Shown piece after piece: positions 1 through 11,108 of a stretch of 64,000 bases of DNA. The notes under the pieces were generated by a model, which was not told where the DNA came from, did no database searches, and saw nothing but the letters and a program-made list of their open reading frames with translations. Origin of the DNA: Eledone cirrhosa (Eukaryota); contig OZ024749.1 of the NCBI GenBank assembly GCA_964016885.1, positions 10,912,001 through 10,976,000 of the forward strand, given 5' to 3'. Positions within the stretch are counted from its first letter, which is position 1. The number at the start of each line of letters is the position of its first letter. Made by a program: the position numbers and the translations under genes.

Positions 1-290
1 AATAAAAAATGCAAAAATACAGGGGTAATAAAATAGATAAATATAAAAATACAAAACAATAAAGGAACAAAAAGCCTGGAGACCCCAAAGAAATATAAAA
101 CAAAGCAAAGCATAGATGCATTAAAGCACAAGCAGTGCAAAAAGAGGGTGTACAGGCAGATCAATAGAGTTTGCAAGCATGAATCTGTGAAAAGAATAGT
201 TGGTTAGCAGCGGTGTAGCCTTACATGTATGATAGTCCATATAAGTGATGGTGTACTCATATATATATATATATATATATATCTATATAT

Positions 291-677
291 GTAGGAGGTG
301 AGTTTTATTGTAGTACAATAAAGCAATGCAGATATCGGATAAGAAGCACTCTACAATTTGTGGGACTGGAGTATGCATAATATAAGATCAAAAGATGGTT
401 AAAGGAGTTCCATATATTTTATTATGCGCATTTCAAAAACAAACATCATCAAGCAATAATATTTGTGTTTTCATCAGATAAAACAGGAGAACATGATATG
501 AAGGCTAAAAAAAGACTTGTTGATAGTGCAGTTTTAAATCAACATATGTTGATTTAAAACTGCACTATCAACAAGTGTTTTTTTAGCCTTCATATCATGT
601 TCTCCTGATGTTTGTTTTTGAAATGCGCATAATAAAATATATGGAACTCCTTTAACCATCTTTTGATCTTATATTAT
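291..677 (-). mobile_element. Fold-back PLE 3'-end unit (family P1): palindrome 377-545/546-677 plus tail 291-376, flanked by TA repeats
   Basis: Arms are reverse complements around AACAT|ATGTT with no spacer. The left arm has 37 extra nt and contains a hammerhead motif. Confidence 0.7.
417..483 (-). ncRNA. Type I hammerhead ribozyme motif
   Basis: Minus strand reads UUUUAU-CUGAUGA-(about 16 bp stem II)-GAAA-UGCGCA-UA-AUAAAA. Stem I is 6 bp and stem III is the palindrome AUGCGCAU. Confidence 0.8.
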
Positions 678-1138
678 ATATCTATATATATATATACATA
701 TATGTGTGTATATATAGATAGATACATATATATGTGTATATATAGATAGATACATATATATGTGTATATATAGATAGATACATATATATGTGTATATATA
801 GATAGATACATATATATGTGTATATATAGATAGATACATATATATGTGTATATATAGATAGATACATATATATGTGTATATATAGATAGATACATATATA
901 TGTGTATATATAGATAGATACATATATATGTGTATATATAGATAGATACATATATATGTGTATATATAGATATATACATATATATGTGTATATATAGATA
1001 TATACATATATGTGTATATATAGATATATACATATATATGTGTATATATAGATAGATAGATACATATATATGTGTATATATAGATAGATACATATATATG
1101 TGTATATATAGATAGATACATATATATGTGTATATATA
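678..1138. repeat. 28-bp TA-derived minisatellite (gatacatatatatgtgtatatatagata)n
   Basis: Period of 28 visible, e.g. units starting at 721 and 749. Confidence 0.95.
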
Positions 1139-2775
1139 GCATAATTCAGCAGTAGGTCCCGATAGGTTCCCTGCTTGTGTCTTGAAGGCGTGTCAACACC
1201 AACTTGCATCTCCTCTTGCCAATCTGTGGCGGAACTCACTGGATGCTGGATATGTGCCAGAAAACCTTCTATCCCAGTCTGTTGTCCCAGTTTTCAAAAA
1301 GGGAAACAAATCCCTTGCCGTGAATTACCGTCCAATCTCACTCACCTCTCATATCATTAAGGTATTTGAGAGAGTGGTGAGATCGCGAATGACCCACTTC
1401 CTTGAGAGTAACAATATGCTGAACTCCAACCAGCATGGATTCCGTAATGGAAGGGATTGCCTGATGCAGCTACTGCATCACTTTGATGACATTTTGAGAA
1501 CCTTGGGAGAGGGTTCCAACACTGATGTTATCTACCTTGATTTCAGCAAGGCCTTTGACAGGGTTGATCATAACATTCTACTGAGAAAGCTGTCCAATAT
1601 TGGTGTCACTGGAAAGCTGCTGCAGTGGATCAAGAGCTTCCTGTCAAACAGAACCCAACATGTTGTAGTTGAGGGAGTCAAATCCAGCCCAGCCAAAGTC
1701 AGTAGTGGGGTCCCACAAGGCACTGTGTTGGGCCCACTTCTCTTCATCATCTATATTAATGACATCACTGACATCATCAAACACAGCAACATTAAAATTT
1801 TCGCTGATGATTCCAAGCTCCAAAAGGTCATCAATGGCGTGGATGACCGGATAAGCCTTCAGTCAGACCTACTGGCTGTTACCCAATGGGCGGAAAAGAA
1901 CAACATGTTACTGAACGAAGACAAATTCGAACTGATCCACTTTGGAAAAGAGGATGCTCTGAAACTCCCGTACTCCCTTCCCTCCGGGGAAACTCTCGTG
2001 GCATCTAACAACATCAGAGACTTGGGAGTAACCGTGGACAGCAACATAAGCTGGACCACGCATATAAGCAGCAAAGTTGACATGGCCCGCAGAATGTGTT
2101 CCTGGATCCTCAGAACCTTCCAGTCGAGAGATTCCCGCACCATTATCCTTCTCTTCTCTACTTTTGCCCGACCACACCTTGAATACTGTTGTCCACTGTG
2201 GTCTCCCCACACGAAACAAAGTATCATGAAACTTGAAGCTCCTCAAAGGGCAATCACGAAAAAGATAGATGGCATGTCAGACCTTGACTACTGGGGTCGA
2301 TTAGAAAACCTGAAACTTTACTCACTCCAACGTCGCCGTGAGCGTTATATTATCTGCATGATGTGGAAAATGTTCCATCATCACTGCCCAAATGATGTTG
2401 GCATCGCCTTCAAGATACACCCAAGGCTTGGGCCCCGTGCTATCCGTCCCATTCAAAAATCTAAATCGCAACTCATAACAACAATACGGCACAATTATTT
2501 CACCTCAATCGGCCCTGCTCTCTTCAACATCACACCAGGACACGTCAAAACAGAAACTGACCACACAAAATTCAAGAAGTCTTTGGACAAATTCCTCCAA
2601 GTAATCCCGGACAAACCACCCACACCCGGATATGTCTCCGCAAACAGTAATTCTCTTCTCGAATGGGCCATGGTGCCCAAATCCTGAATTGAAAGACTTC
2701 GCCAGGTGGTGCTATTAAGTTAGACATGGCCTGGGCCAATACTGGCCAAAACATTTCAAAGTTATTCAAAGTTAT
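1139..2775 (+). mobile_element. 5'-truncated CR1-like LINE
   Basis: RT ORF, short 3' UTR and (TTCAAAGTTA)2 tail. Near-identical copies at 22343 and 48727. Confidence 0.9.
1182..2687 (+). CDS. Reverse transcriptase of CR1-like LINE (ORF2 C-terminal part, uninterrupted, no native start)
   Basis: Motifs [51 protein letters not shown]. Confidence 0.9.
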   Translation: MKACQHQLASPLANLWRNSLDAGYVPENLLSQSVVPVFKKGNKSLAVNYRPISLTSHIIKVFERVVRSRMTHFLESNNMLNSNQHGFRNGRDCLMQLLHHFDDILRTLGEGSNTDVIYLDFSKAFDRVDHNILLRKLSNIGVTGKLLQWIKSFLSNRTQHVVVEGVKSSPAKVSSGVPQGTVLGPLLFIIYINDITDIIKHSNIKIFADDSKLQKVINGVDDRISLQSDLLAVTQWAEKNNMLLNEDKFELIHFGKEDALKLPYSLPSGETLVASNNIRDLGVTVDSNISWTTHISSKVDMARRMCSWILRTFQSRDSRTIILLFSTFARPHLEYCCPLWSPHTKQSIMKLEAPQRAITKKIDGMSDLDYWGRLENLKLYSLQRRRERYIICMMWKMFHHHCPNDVGIAFKIHPRLGPRAIRPIQKSKSQLITTIRHNYFTSIGPALFNITPGHVKTETDHTKFKKSLDKFLQVIPDKPPTPGYVSANSNSLLEWAMVPKS

Positions 2776-4049
2776 ACATATATATGTGTATATATAGATA
2801 TATACATATATATAGATAGATACATATATACGTATATATAGATAGATACATATATATGTATATATAGAAAGATTTTAAGAAAAAATATATTAAAGCTACT
2901 AACAGAATATTTATAGGAATGTATGTATATAATTGTATTTGCAAGGGTGTAGAGAGAATGAAATAATTATATTTAATTATATATTTTGGAAGTATTTATA
3001 ATATAATGTGTGAATTAAATGTGTTAAAGTGAGAGAATATTAATTTAAAATGTGAAAGGTATCTTGCATTTGTATATATGATTGGGTCTATTCCACTGGT
3101 GTGTTTTAATGTTATGAAGATTGTAGTTATAAGTATATTTTATTATAAGAGGTTAGTTGTATATATATAAATAGTTTACCAATATATATAAATAATTTAC
3201 CAATCCTAATTCGACTCATTTGCAATTATGCAAACAAGCCTCATTTTTAAAGCCATGTCAGTAGAATGAGGCCCTCATTCTTGCTCTTGTGTTGGCATGT
3301 TTGTAAAGTTGGTTAATTTTTTTATGTTATATTTTTCATATTGACTGTTAACGTGCGTTTTAGGCGTTCGGCTTGTGTTTTGTTTAGTAGTAAATTATTT
3401 ACTTGTTTTAATATGTTTACCGTATATATTTTGAAGGAAACAGTGTTTTAGGAAGTGAATTTGTTCTGTTGTTATTGAAGTTTTTATATAACAGAAAACT
3501 GAAAAAAAAAAAAAGAAAATCAACGATCTTTACATACAGAAACTCGTTAATATTAAGGAAATTCAAAATCTCACCACACCAAACGAGATAAATAAACTCA
3601 TGAACATCATTCGACATGAAACAAAATATGCTGAAAACGAATGCAATAAACATTTCAATAAGAAATTAAGATGGATGAAGGAGAAAAAACAACAAGAAAA
3701 GAGAAAAGAAAACTTACAAAAATATCCTGACAAAATCGACAATATCTGTATGACAGATGTCATATTACCTACAGAACTTACCAAAGACCAGACACTAAAT
3801 ATCTATGGTAACACTATAACCAGTGAACAAGAACAACAAATTCTACAACTTTCACCAAAATTCACAATTTATAACAAGATAAATTCAGTAGAATGCATGA
3901 GAGATAGAAAAATCTTTTACGAAAATACGTTGGAATGCGAAAATAAATAACAACAATAATAACAAAAGTAGTAATATAAACAATAACTTTGACTATAGAA
4001 ATAACAGCTATAACAATAATAGTCATAACAATAGCAGGAGAGAGGAAAA

Positions 4050-4232
4050 TAATAATTGTTTCTACTTTTGGCACAAGGCCAGCAATAACCCAGTGTATTA
4101 CTGGTACTTTATTTTATCGACCCCGTAAGGATGAAAGGCAAAGTTAACCTCGGTGGGATTTGAACTCAGACCATCAAGGGCCGTAACTCTATGCGTCAAA
4201 GCATAGCGTCCGATCCTCTACCGATACTAGCC
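4050..4232 (-). mobile_element. tRNA-derived SINE family S2 (Nin/Deu-like domain)
   Basis: B-box GAGTTCAAATC and body GCCTTTCATCCTTACGGGGTCGATAAAA. Many copies in the window. Confidence 0.8.
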
Positions 4233-4942
4233 ACAAGGGCCGACATGTAGGGTACAATACAAAGACAGGGACAGTGGGGTTTACAGTAAGGTCGAGTAAA
4301 AGTGCACAATGGCAAGACTAATTTAACAATGAAGATATAAAAAATATAAAATAAACTATGCATAAATTTAACAAAATAAATTCCCCTATAGGGGGTGGAT
4401 GACCCATGGATGACTCAGGTACCCCACCAATCCTGAACCACCCTACACTTCTAGGGCACCCAGGGAGAGCACCCCTCTCCTCAAGTTAGCTAGCCTATAG
4501 GCGCATGGTCAGAGTAGGCCCATTCACACAGGCCATTCTCGCCACATTCATCCACCTTTTAGCAAATGTACTGGGGAGCAGCACTTCTCTCTCCACCCTC
4601 ACCTTCCTTTCCAGGTGAAACTTGAAGAAATTGATGAGAAAAGTGTCCATCTTCAGTCCTTTTAATCTGGTCCACCATATAACCTCTTTCGCAACGGCCA
4701 CCAGACAGAGGAAAATTACCTGCTCTTCCTGACCTAAGGAAGGCGGCGGGTCGATCTTCACTATGGACTCAGCCGGATCCGTTCCACACACGACAGTAGC
4801 TGTTTGACATAACTCCACAAGTCAGTAATGCATGGACATTGGACAAGTGCATGCAGAACGGTTTCATTGCTCTGTGCGCATCTTGGGCAGGTCCGTCTAA
4901 CAGCACTTGCATGCCTGTAGAGTTTATCCCGAACCGGCAGCA
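4229..4942 (-). mobile_element. Tx1/L1-clade LINE 3' fragment
   Basis: LPVRDKL..CPRC..ETVLHALVQC (CCHC knuckle). Homologous to 51460-52925 and 10165-10480. Confidence 0.8.
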
Positions 4943-6876
4943 ACTACAGGATCTCCTACTTCCTCTCTATGATTATGCGCCCCATAATTAAGATGTCCCC
5001 AGATATATGTGACAGCACAGAGGTCCTCCTCAGCCTAATCAATGAATGCAACAAAAACAAAACTAACTGCATAATAGGCAGTATGGATGTAGTATCACTG
5101 TACCCATCCATTAACATTGATTTTGCTGTGGAAAAATGTGTGGAAATAATCACTGAAAGCCAAGTGGAGTTCTGCGACGTCGACACAGATGAACTGGGCC
5201 TCCTACTTAGACTTACTTATGACACCGAGTACCTAGATAACCATGACCTTAGCTGTTTATGCCCCAGTAAACCCATAAGAGGTAGACCCCCCACCATAAC
5301 CACAATGGCTAAACAGACTCCCATGGGAAGATGGAATAGATAGACCAAGCCATACGGACACCCAAAAACAATGATGAGGTGAGAAAAATGGTTGCACATA
5401 GGGGCTAATATTAAAACTACCCTAAAGGGCCATATGTTTAAATTTAATGAAAAGATCTACATCCAGAATGAGGGAGCAGCCATTGGCATAGCTGGTGATG
5501 TTGCCAATCTATTTATGGTATGGTGGGAGAGGAGACTCAGAACTCCTTGAAGAGAGCTCCATAGACCTCGTCATGTACTCTCGTTATGTAGACGATATTT
5601 ATATAGTTATAAGAACACCCCCACAAGAGAGGACTAATAAACATGATTTAGAAAATAGCACAATGGAGAGCATCCAGCAGAAAGCTAACTCCATACACCA
5701 GAGTATAACTGTAACTGTTGACTACCCTTCCAAACACCCTAAGAATAGACTACCTGTATTAGATATGGAACTCTGGATTTACACTATAGACGAGAGGGCC
5801 CAAATTCTCCACTCATACTATACTAAACCCATGGCCTTCAATTACCTGATACTCAAAAACTCAGCAATGTCCAATAGTGCTAAGTTTAATATTCTGATCG
5901 CAGACTTGGTAAGAGTAATGAAGAATGTGTCCCGCATGTGCGACCCAACTGAACTGGAAAGACACATCCAACACTTCATCAACCACATGTAGTTCTCTGG
6001 CTACAACCAAAGAGACAGATTCAGAGTATACAAAGGAGCCACGGAGAAGTATAAGACCCTCATAGAAATGGACATGAAAGGAATTTGCCCATTATACAGG
6101 AGCAAATCATGGAATAGCTTAGATAGGACTAAACATAAGATAGGGTAAGCCACTTCATGGTATGACAACCAAAGATACCAGAGTGTCATGTTCGTGGATG
6201 CTACTCCTGGAGGGAAATTCACTAACCTATGTAGAAAGACCCATTTAAAGATTAAAGTGGGAGAAAAACCAGGAACTACCATAAAATCCCTGATCAGCAA
6301 AACATACCCCATTTAAGAAATGTGTTATATGTAAAATGAACCTCCAGATAAACTGTAACACTAGAAATGTAGTCTGACATAAGATGTACCGAGGGTACTT
6401 GCAGAAACATGACAATAACATACATAGGTGAGACAGCTCAAAGCATAGGAGAAAGAATAGACCAACACTGGTTCGGTACTATATGAACACACCAGCCAAA
6501 GACATGATGGTAAAATAGACAACATGGAAATGACTAAACAGGTAGGCAAGTCAGAGCAGCAACTGAGATAGAGCTAAGAAGACCAAAGTTAAACAGAAAA
6601 AATGAATGGAATAACAACCATAACCAAACAAACAATACTGACTTAAGGGAAATATAAATAAATAAATAAATACACAAGTCCAATAACAACAAACACATAT
6701 AAACACACACTAGTAAACAAAGATAAAATACAAAAACAAAAACACATACACTCAGACGCGAACACACACTCCAAACATTATACACTAACGCAGAGACGGA
6801 GACAAGAAGAAATAAATAAATAAAATTAAAATGCCGTAGACATTACAATACAATACAATAGGAGGAAACATAATAG

Positions 6877-6920
6877 TACCACTGATGATGTTGCAGATGT
6901 GCAACGAAAGAACTTTGATA
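6877..6920 (+). ncRNA. Type I hammerhead ribozyme motif in PLE 3' UTR
   Basis: UACCA-CUGAUGA-U-GUUGCA(GAUG)UGCAAC-GAAA-GAAC-UU-UGAUA. One mismatch in stem I. Confidence 0.7.
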
Positions 6921-7152
6921 GACTATATATATATATATCTGTATTTTTAACCGTTGGTCAATCAATGATGAACATTGATTGCCAAATATATTAACTATGG
7001 AGATATAAAAGATACAGAAGCGAAAACCAACCAAACAGTGAGTGTGTTCTGTTATTATTTCTGGCAATATTATTACAACAATATGACCCTCCCCAAGTAT
7101 AACAATATTTGTTTTGACACACGATTTCATATCAAAGACCTTGCATAACAAG

Positions 7153-7374
7153 TATATATATATATATGTGTGTCTGTGTATATATATATGTGTGTATATA
7201 TATATACATATATATATATATGTATATACATATATGTGTGTATATATATATATATATATGTGTGTATATATATATGTGTGTGTGTATATATATATGTGTA
7301 TATATATATGTGTGTGTGTATATATATATGTGTGTATATATATATATATATGTGTGTATATATATATATATGTG

Positions 7375-7405
<31 letters not shown>

Positions 7406-7467
7406 ATATATATATGTGTGTGTGTGTATATATATATGTGTGTATATATGTGTGTATATATATTTAT
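7153..7467. repeat. (TA)n(TG)m compound microsatellite
   Basis: Direct inspection. Confidence 0.95.
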
Positions 7468-8072
7468 GTCAGGTCACCAGTTGGTGCTACTGGTAACATG
7501 TACCCCAGTACAAACTGTCTCATGGTCGGGTCGTTGGCGACTAAACTGGCAACCCCACCAAGGTTTCTTGGTGAGGAGGGTGACTTTGGACATCCTGCAC
7601 GACTAAAAACAAAACCTGTCAAAGGGCAAAGGAGCTGTTAAGAGTCAATGGCCATCCAAAATCACCGGGAGAGATGACCCCTTAGCCTTTGTCAAGGCAG
7701 AATTCTAGGAGAAGGAAAACTCTGATATAACACCTGCAACCCTGATGGTATCCAATGATGTTGACTTGTTCTTCTTTTTGGTAAATATCATCTTGGTTAA
7801 GAGAGTGGGACTGGCTTTGTGCAGTGCCTTTGCTCACTATAAAAGCTTCACGGCACAGGCATTGCTTTATATCTGGAGATCTCTCTGCACTTGTCGTCAC
7901 ATGGTACCATGGGCCCAGCACTATGTGTCAATAATTGTCACAAGTGTAGTGTTTGTACCAGAGTTTTCAAGTCGCTGGCTGGACTAAAAAGTCACACTCG
8001 TTCAGCGCATCGGTAAGGGTTCTACATGGATATAAAGGGTGGCCGTACTCGAAAACGAGTTGGCAGCCACCA
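7468..8072 (+). mobile_element. Probable internally deleted (bipartite) RTE derivative
   Basis: The 5' part resembles RTE 5' UTRs (CTAGGAGAAGGAAAACTCTGA) and recurs at 32034. The 3' part encodes a C2H2 finger [23 protein letters not shown] (7945-8016) and an RTE-type terminus. Confidence 0.55.
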
Positions 8073-8126
8073 TATATATATATATATGTATGTATATATA
8101 TATATATATATATGTGTGTATATATA

Positions 8127-8169
<43 letters not shown>

Positions 8170-8564
8170 ATATATATGTGTATATATGTGTGTGTATATA
8201 TATGTGTGTGTATATATATGTGTGAGTATATGTGTGTATATATATGTGTATATATGTGTATATGTATATATGTGTGTGTATATGTATATATGTGTGTATA
8301 TATATATATGTATATATGTGTGTATATATGTGTGTATATATGTGTGTGTATATATGTGTGTATATATATATGTATATATGTGTGTATATATATATATGTG
8401 TATATATATATATATATGTATATATGTGTGTATATATATATATGTGTATATATATATATATATGTATATATGTGTGTATATATATATATATGTATATATG
8501 TGTGTATATATATATGTATATATGTGTGTATATATATATGTATATATGTGTGTATATATATATA

Positions 8565-8597
<33 letters not shown>

Positions 8598-8632
8598 GTG
8601 TGTATATATATATGTGTGTATATATATATATA

Positions 8633-8663
<31 letters not shown>

Positions 8664-9816
8664 GTGTATATATATGTGTATATATATATATATATATGTG
8701 TGTATATATGTGTATATATATATATATATGTGTATATATATGTGTATATATATATATATATATGTGTGTATATATGTGTATATATATATATATATGTGTA
8801 TATATATGTGTATATATATATATATATGTGTATATATATGTGTATATATATATATATATATGTGTATATATATGTGTATATATATATATATATATGTGTA
8901 TATATATATATATATATGTGTATATATATGTGTATATATATATATATATATGTGTATATATATATATATATATATGTGTATATATATGTGTATATATATA
9001 TATATATGTGTGTATATATATATGTGTATATATATATGTGTGTATATATATATATGTGTATATATATATGTGTGTGTATATATATGTGTGTGTATATATA
9101 TATATGTGTGTATATATATATGTGTGTATATATATTTGTGTATTTTTTTATTTTTTTTATTTTATTATTATTATTATTATTTTTTTTTTTTTCTCTTCTC
9201 GTGCAATGGCCATACTCGATAACGAGGGGGCAGCCATCATATATATGTGTATATATACGTGTATATATATATACATATGTGTGTATATATACATATGTGT
9301 GTATATATATATATGTATATATATGTGTATGTATATATATGTGTGTGTATATATATATATGTGTATCTATATATACATATATATATATGTGTGTGTGTGT
9401 ATATATATATAAATGTGTGTATATATATATGTATATATGTGTGTGTATATGTATATAAATGTGTGTATGTATATATGTGTGTGTATATGTATATATATGT
9501 GTGTGTATATATATGTGTGTGTATATATATATGTATATATATGTGTGTGTATATATATATTTGTGTGTGTATGTATATAAATGTGTATATATGTGTATGC
9601 ATATGTGTGTGTATATGTGTATGCATATGTGTATATGTGTATGCATATGTGTATCTATATATATATGTATATATATGTGTATCTATATATACATATATAT
9701 GTGTGTGTGTATGTATATATATGTATATATATGTGTGTATGTATATATATGTATATATATGTGTATATGTATATATATGTGTATATGTATATATATGTGT
9801 ATATATATATATAGGT

Positions 9817-9856
<40 letters not shown>

Positions 9857-9860
9857 GTAT
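8073..9860. repeat. Two (TA)n(TG)m arrays separated by a T-rich tract and a 40-bp RTE 3' tip (9200-9241)
   Basis: Direct inspection. The tip TGGCCATACTCGATAACGAGGGGCAGCCATCA matches 8040-8072. Confidence 0.9.
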
Positions 9861-10164
9861 AAAGAAGGTTTTGTCTTTGCGTTTAATTGTTCTCATCGCT
9901 CCACATAACGACGTATTATCTTCTCTTTATTCCGTTCATTCCGTTCAGGGAACGTCTTCACAATCCAAAATATAATTTTCCTGTTTTCCTTCGGTTGCAA
10001 CGTTTTTCGAAATATTTACTTCTGCGTTCTCAGATTGATTTTTTTGTTAGTTTCAGAAGATCCCTTTAAGGGTGAAAGCAGCGATTCTTTGCTGAAACTT
10101 TAATCTGTTATTTTATATATTTGATATATATATTTATCCTTATCGAGCCGACTTTGGACTTTAG

Positions 10165-10480
10165 CATTTTGTTGAAAGATGGGTGAGAGAAGCAAGTATG
10201 GCCCGAATGAATGGGCCTTCTCTGAGTATGTGTCTGTAAATTAAAGGTGGAAAACTGGGAGAGGGCACTTGCCCTGGTGGTCAGGGTCACTGTGGTCTTT
10301 TAATGGGCTTTCTCCACAAATGTCCCTCGGAAGCCTCCCCCCTATTGGGGAATTTTTCTTTGTTATTTTATTACATCCTCTGTTTTTTACACGCAGAAAT
10401 GCCCATTTGTACCGTCCTGTATTGTCCTGTACTGTCCTTAATGTCTACTTTATGTAAACCCTTGTGGTTAATAAAGAAAA
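10165..10480 (+). mobile_element. Tx1/L1-clade LINE 3' end
   Basis: Aligns to the reverse complement of 4495-4560. Ends CCCTTGTGGTTAATAAAG followed by (TTA)n. Confidence 0.65.
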
Positions 10481-10547
10481 CATTATTTATTACTATTACT
10501 ATATATTATTATTATTACTATTATTACTATTTATTATTATTACTATA

Positions 10548-10677
10548 TGGAGGCACATGGCTTAGTGGTTAGAGCATTGGCCTTGCAATCGAAAGGTTGT
10601 GAGTTCAATTCTCAGACCGGGTGATGTGTTGTTTCCTTGAGCAAGGCACTTTATTTCACATTGCTCCAGTTTACTCA
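10548..10677 (+). mobile_element. tRNA-derived CORE-like SINE family S1, 5' half
   Basis: A-box TGGCTTAGTGG, B-box GAGTTCAATTC, core CCTTGAGCAAGGCACTT. Confidence 0.8.
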
Positions 10678-10908
10678 AATCTGGTTTCAGGAGCCACAGT
10701 CACAGCCATGTTCAAAGAGAACCAGTGAACTATGATCTCCACGGTGTTGTGAGGGGTCACGGGCAACTCCAAGCCAGAGAGATCCATAGTTGTCGTCAGT
10801 GTGTGAAGGAGTGCAAGTCTCTAGCAGGCGTGAAAAGCCATATCAGAGCGTCACACATCTGAATGTGACAAGCGATTGCAATACTCTTGGCAAAGTTTGC
10901 AGCCATCA
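10678..10908 (+). mobile_element. RTE 3' fragment with C2H2 zinc finger
   Basis: HSCRQCVKECKSLAGVKSHIRASHI* (10785-10862). Terminus GCAGCCATCA like 8072 and 9241. Confidence 0.6.
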
Positions 10909-10936
10909 TATATATGTATGTATATATATATGTATG

Positions 10937-10970
<34 letters not shown>

Positions 10971-10971
<1 letters not shown>

Positions 10972-11108
10972 CATCATCATCATCATTTTACGTCTGCTTT
11001 TCCCTGCTTGCAGGGTTGGGATAGGACCTATTCAGCACAGCATCTCCACTTGTCACGATCCTTCATCATTTCCACCGTGAGCTTCAGCGATCTGAGTTCT
11101 TCTCTCAC
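10971..11108 (-). mobile_element. RTE family C 3' tip
   Basis: (GAT)n tail. Matches 20026-20165. Confidence 0.85.

Larger units (their letters stand above)
3490..7152 (+). mobile_element. Decayed Penelope-like element (family P2), interrupted at about 3950-4945 by a SINE and a Tx1 fragment
   Basis: N-terminal ILQLSPKF. RT motifs GSMDVVSLYPSI, GAAIG, RYVDD, LPVLD, YTKPM. GIY-YIG remnant TYIGETAQSIGER (about 6420) and LNRKNEW. Hammerhead in 3' UTR. Several stops and frameshifts. Confidence 0.8.

Noticed and set aside
1568-2680. Antisense ORFs over LINE coding regions (also 32368, 43818, 44259, 49265)
   Set aside because: Shadow frames of RT ORFs with no independent motifs.
6300-6420. Selenocysteine UGA in the PLE endonuclease
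   Set aside because: The TGA near 6375 is better explained by a small deletion in VVYDIRC, and visible Cys positions use TGT.
7153-9860. Telomeric or telomerase-added repeats
   Set aside because: No TTAGGG-type units. Arrays are interstitial TA derivatives.
10548-10620. tRNA gene
   Set aside because: tRNA-like head continues into a SINE core and recurs as dispersed copies.
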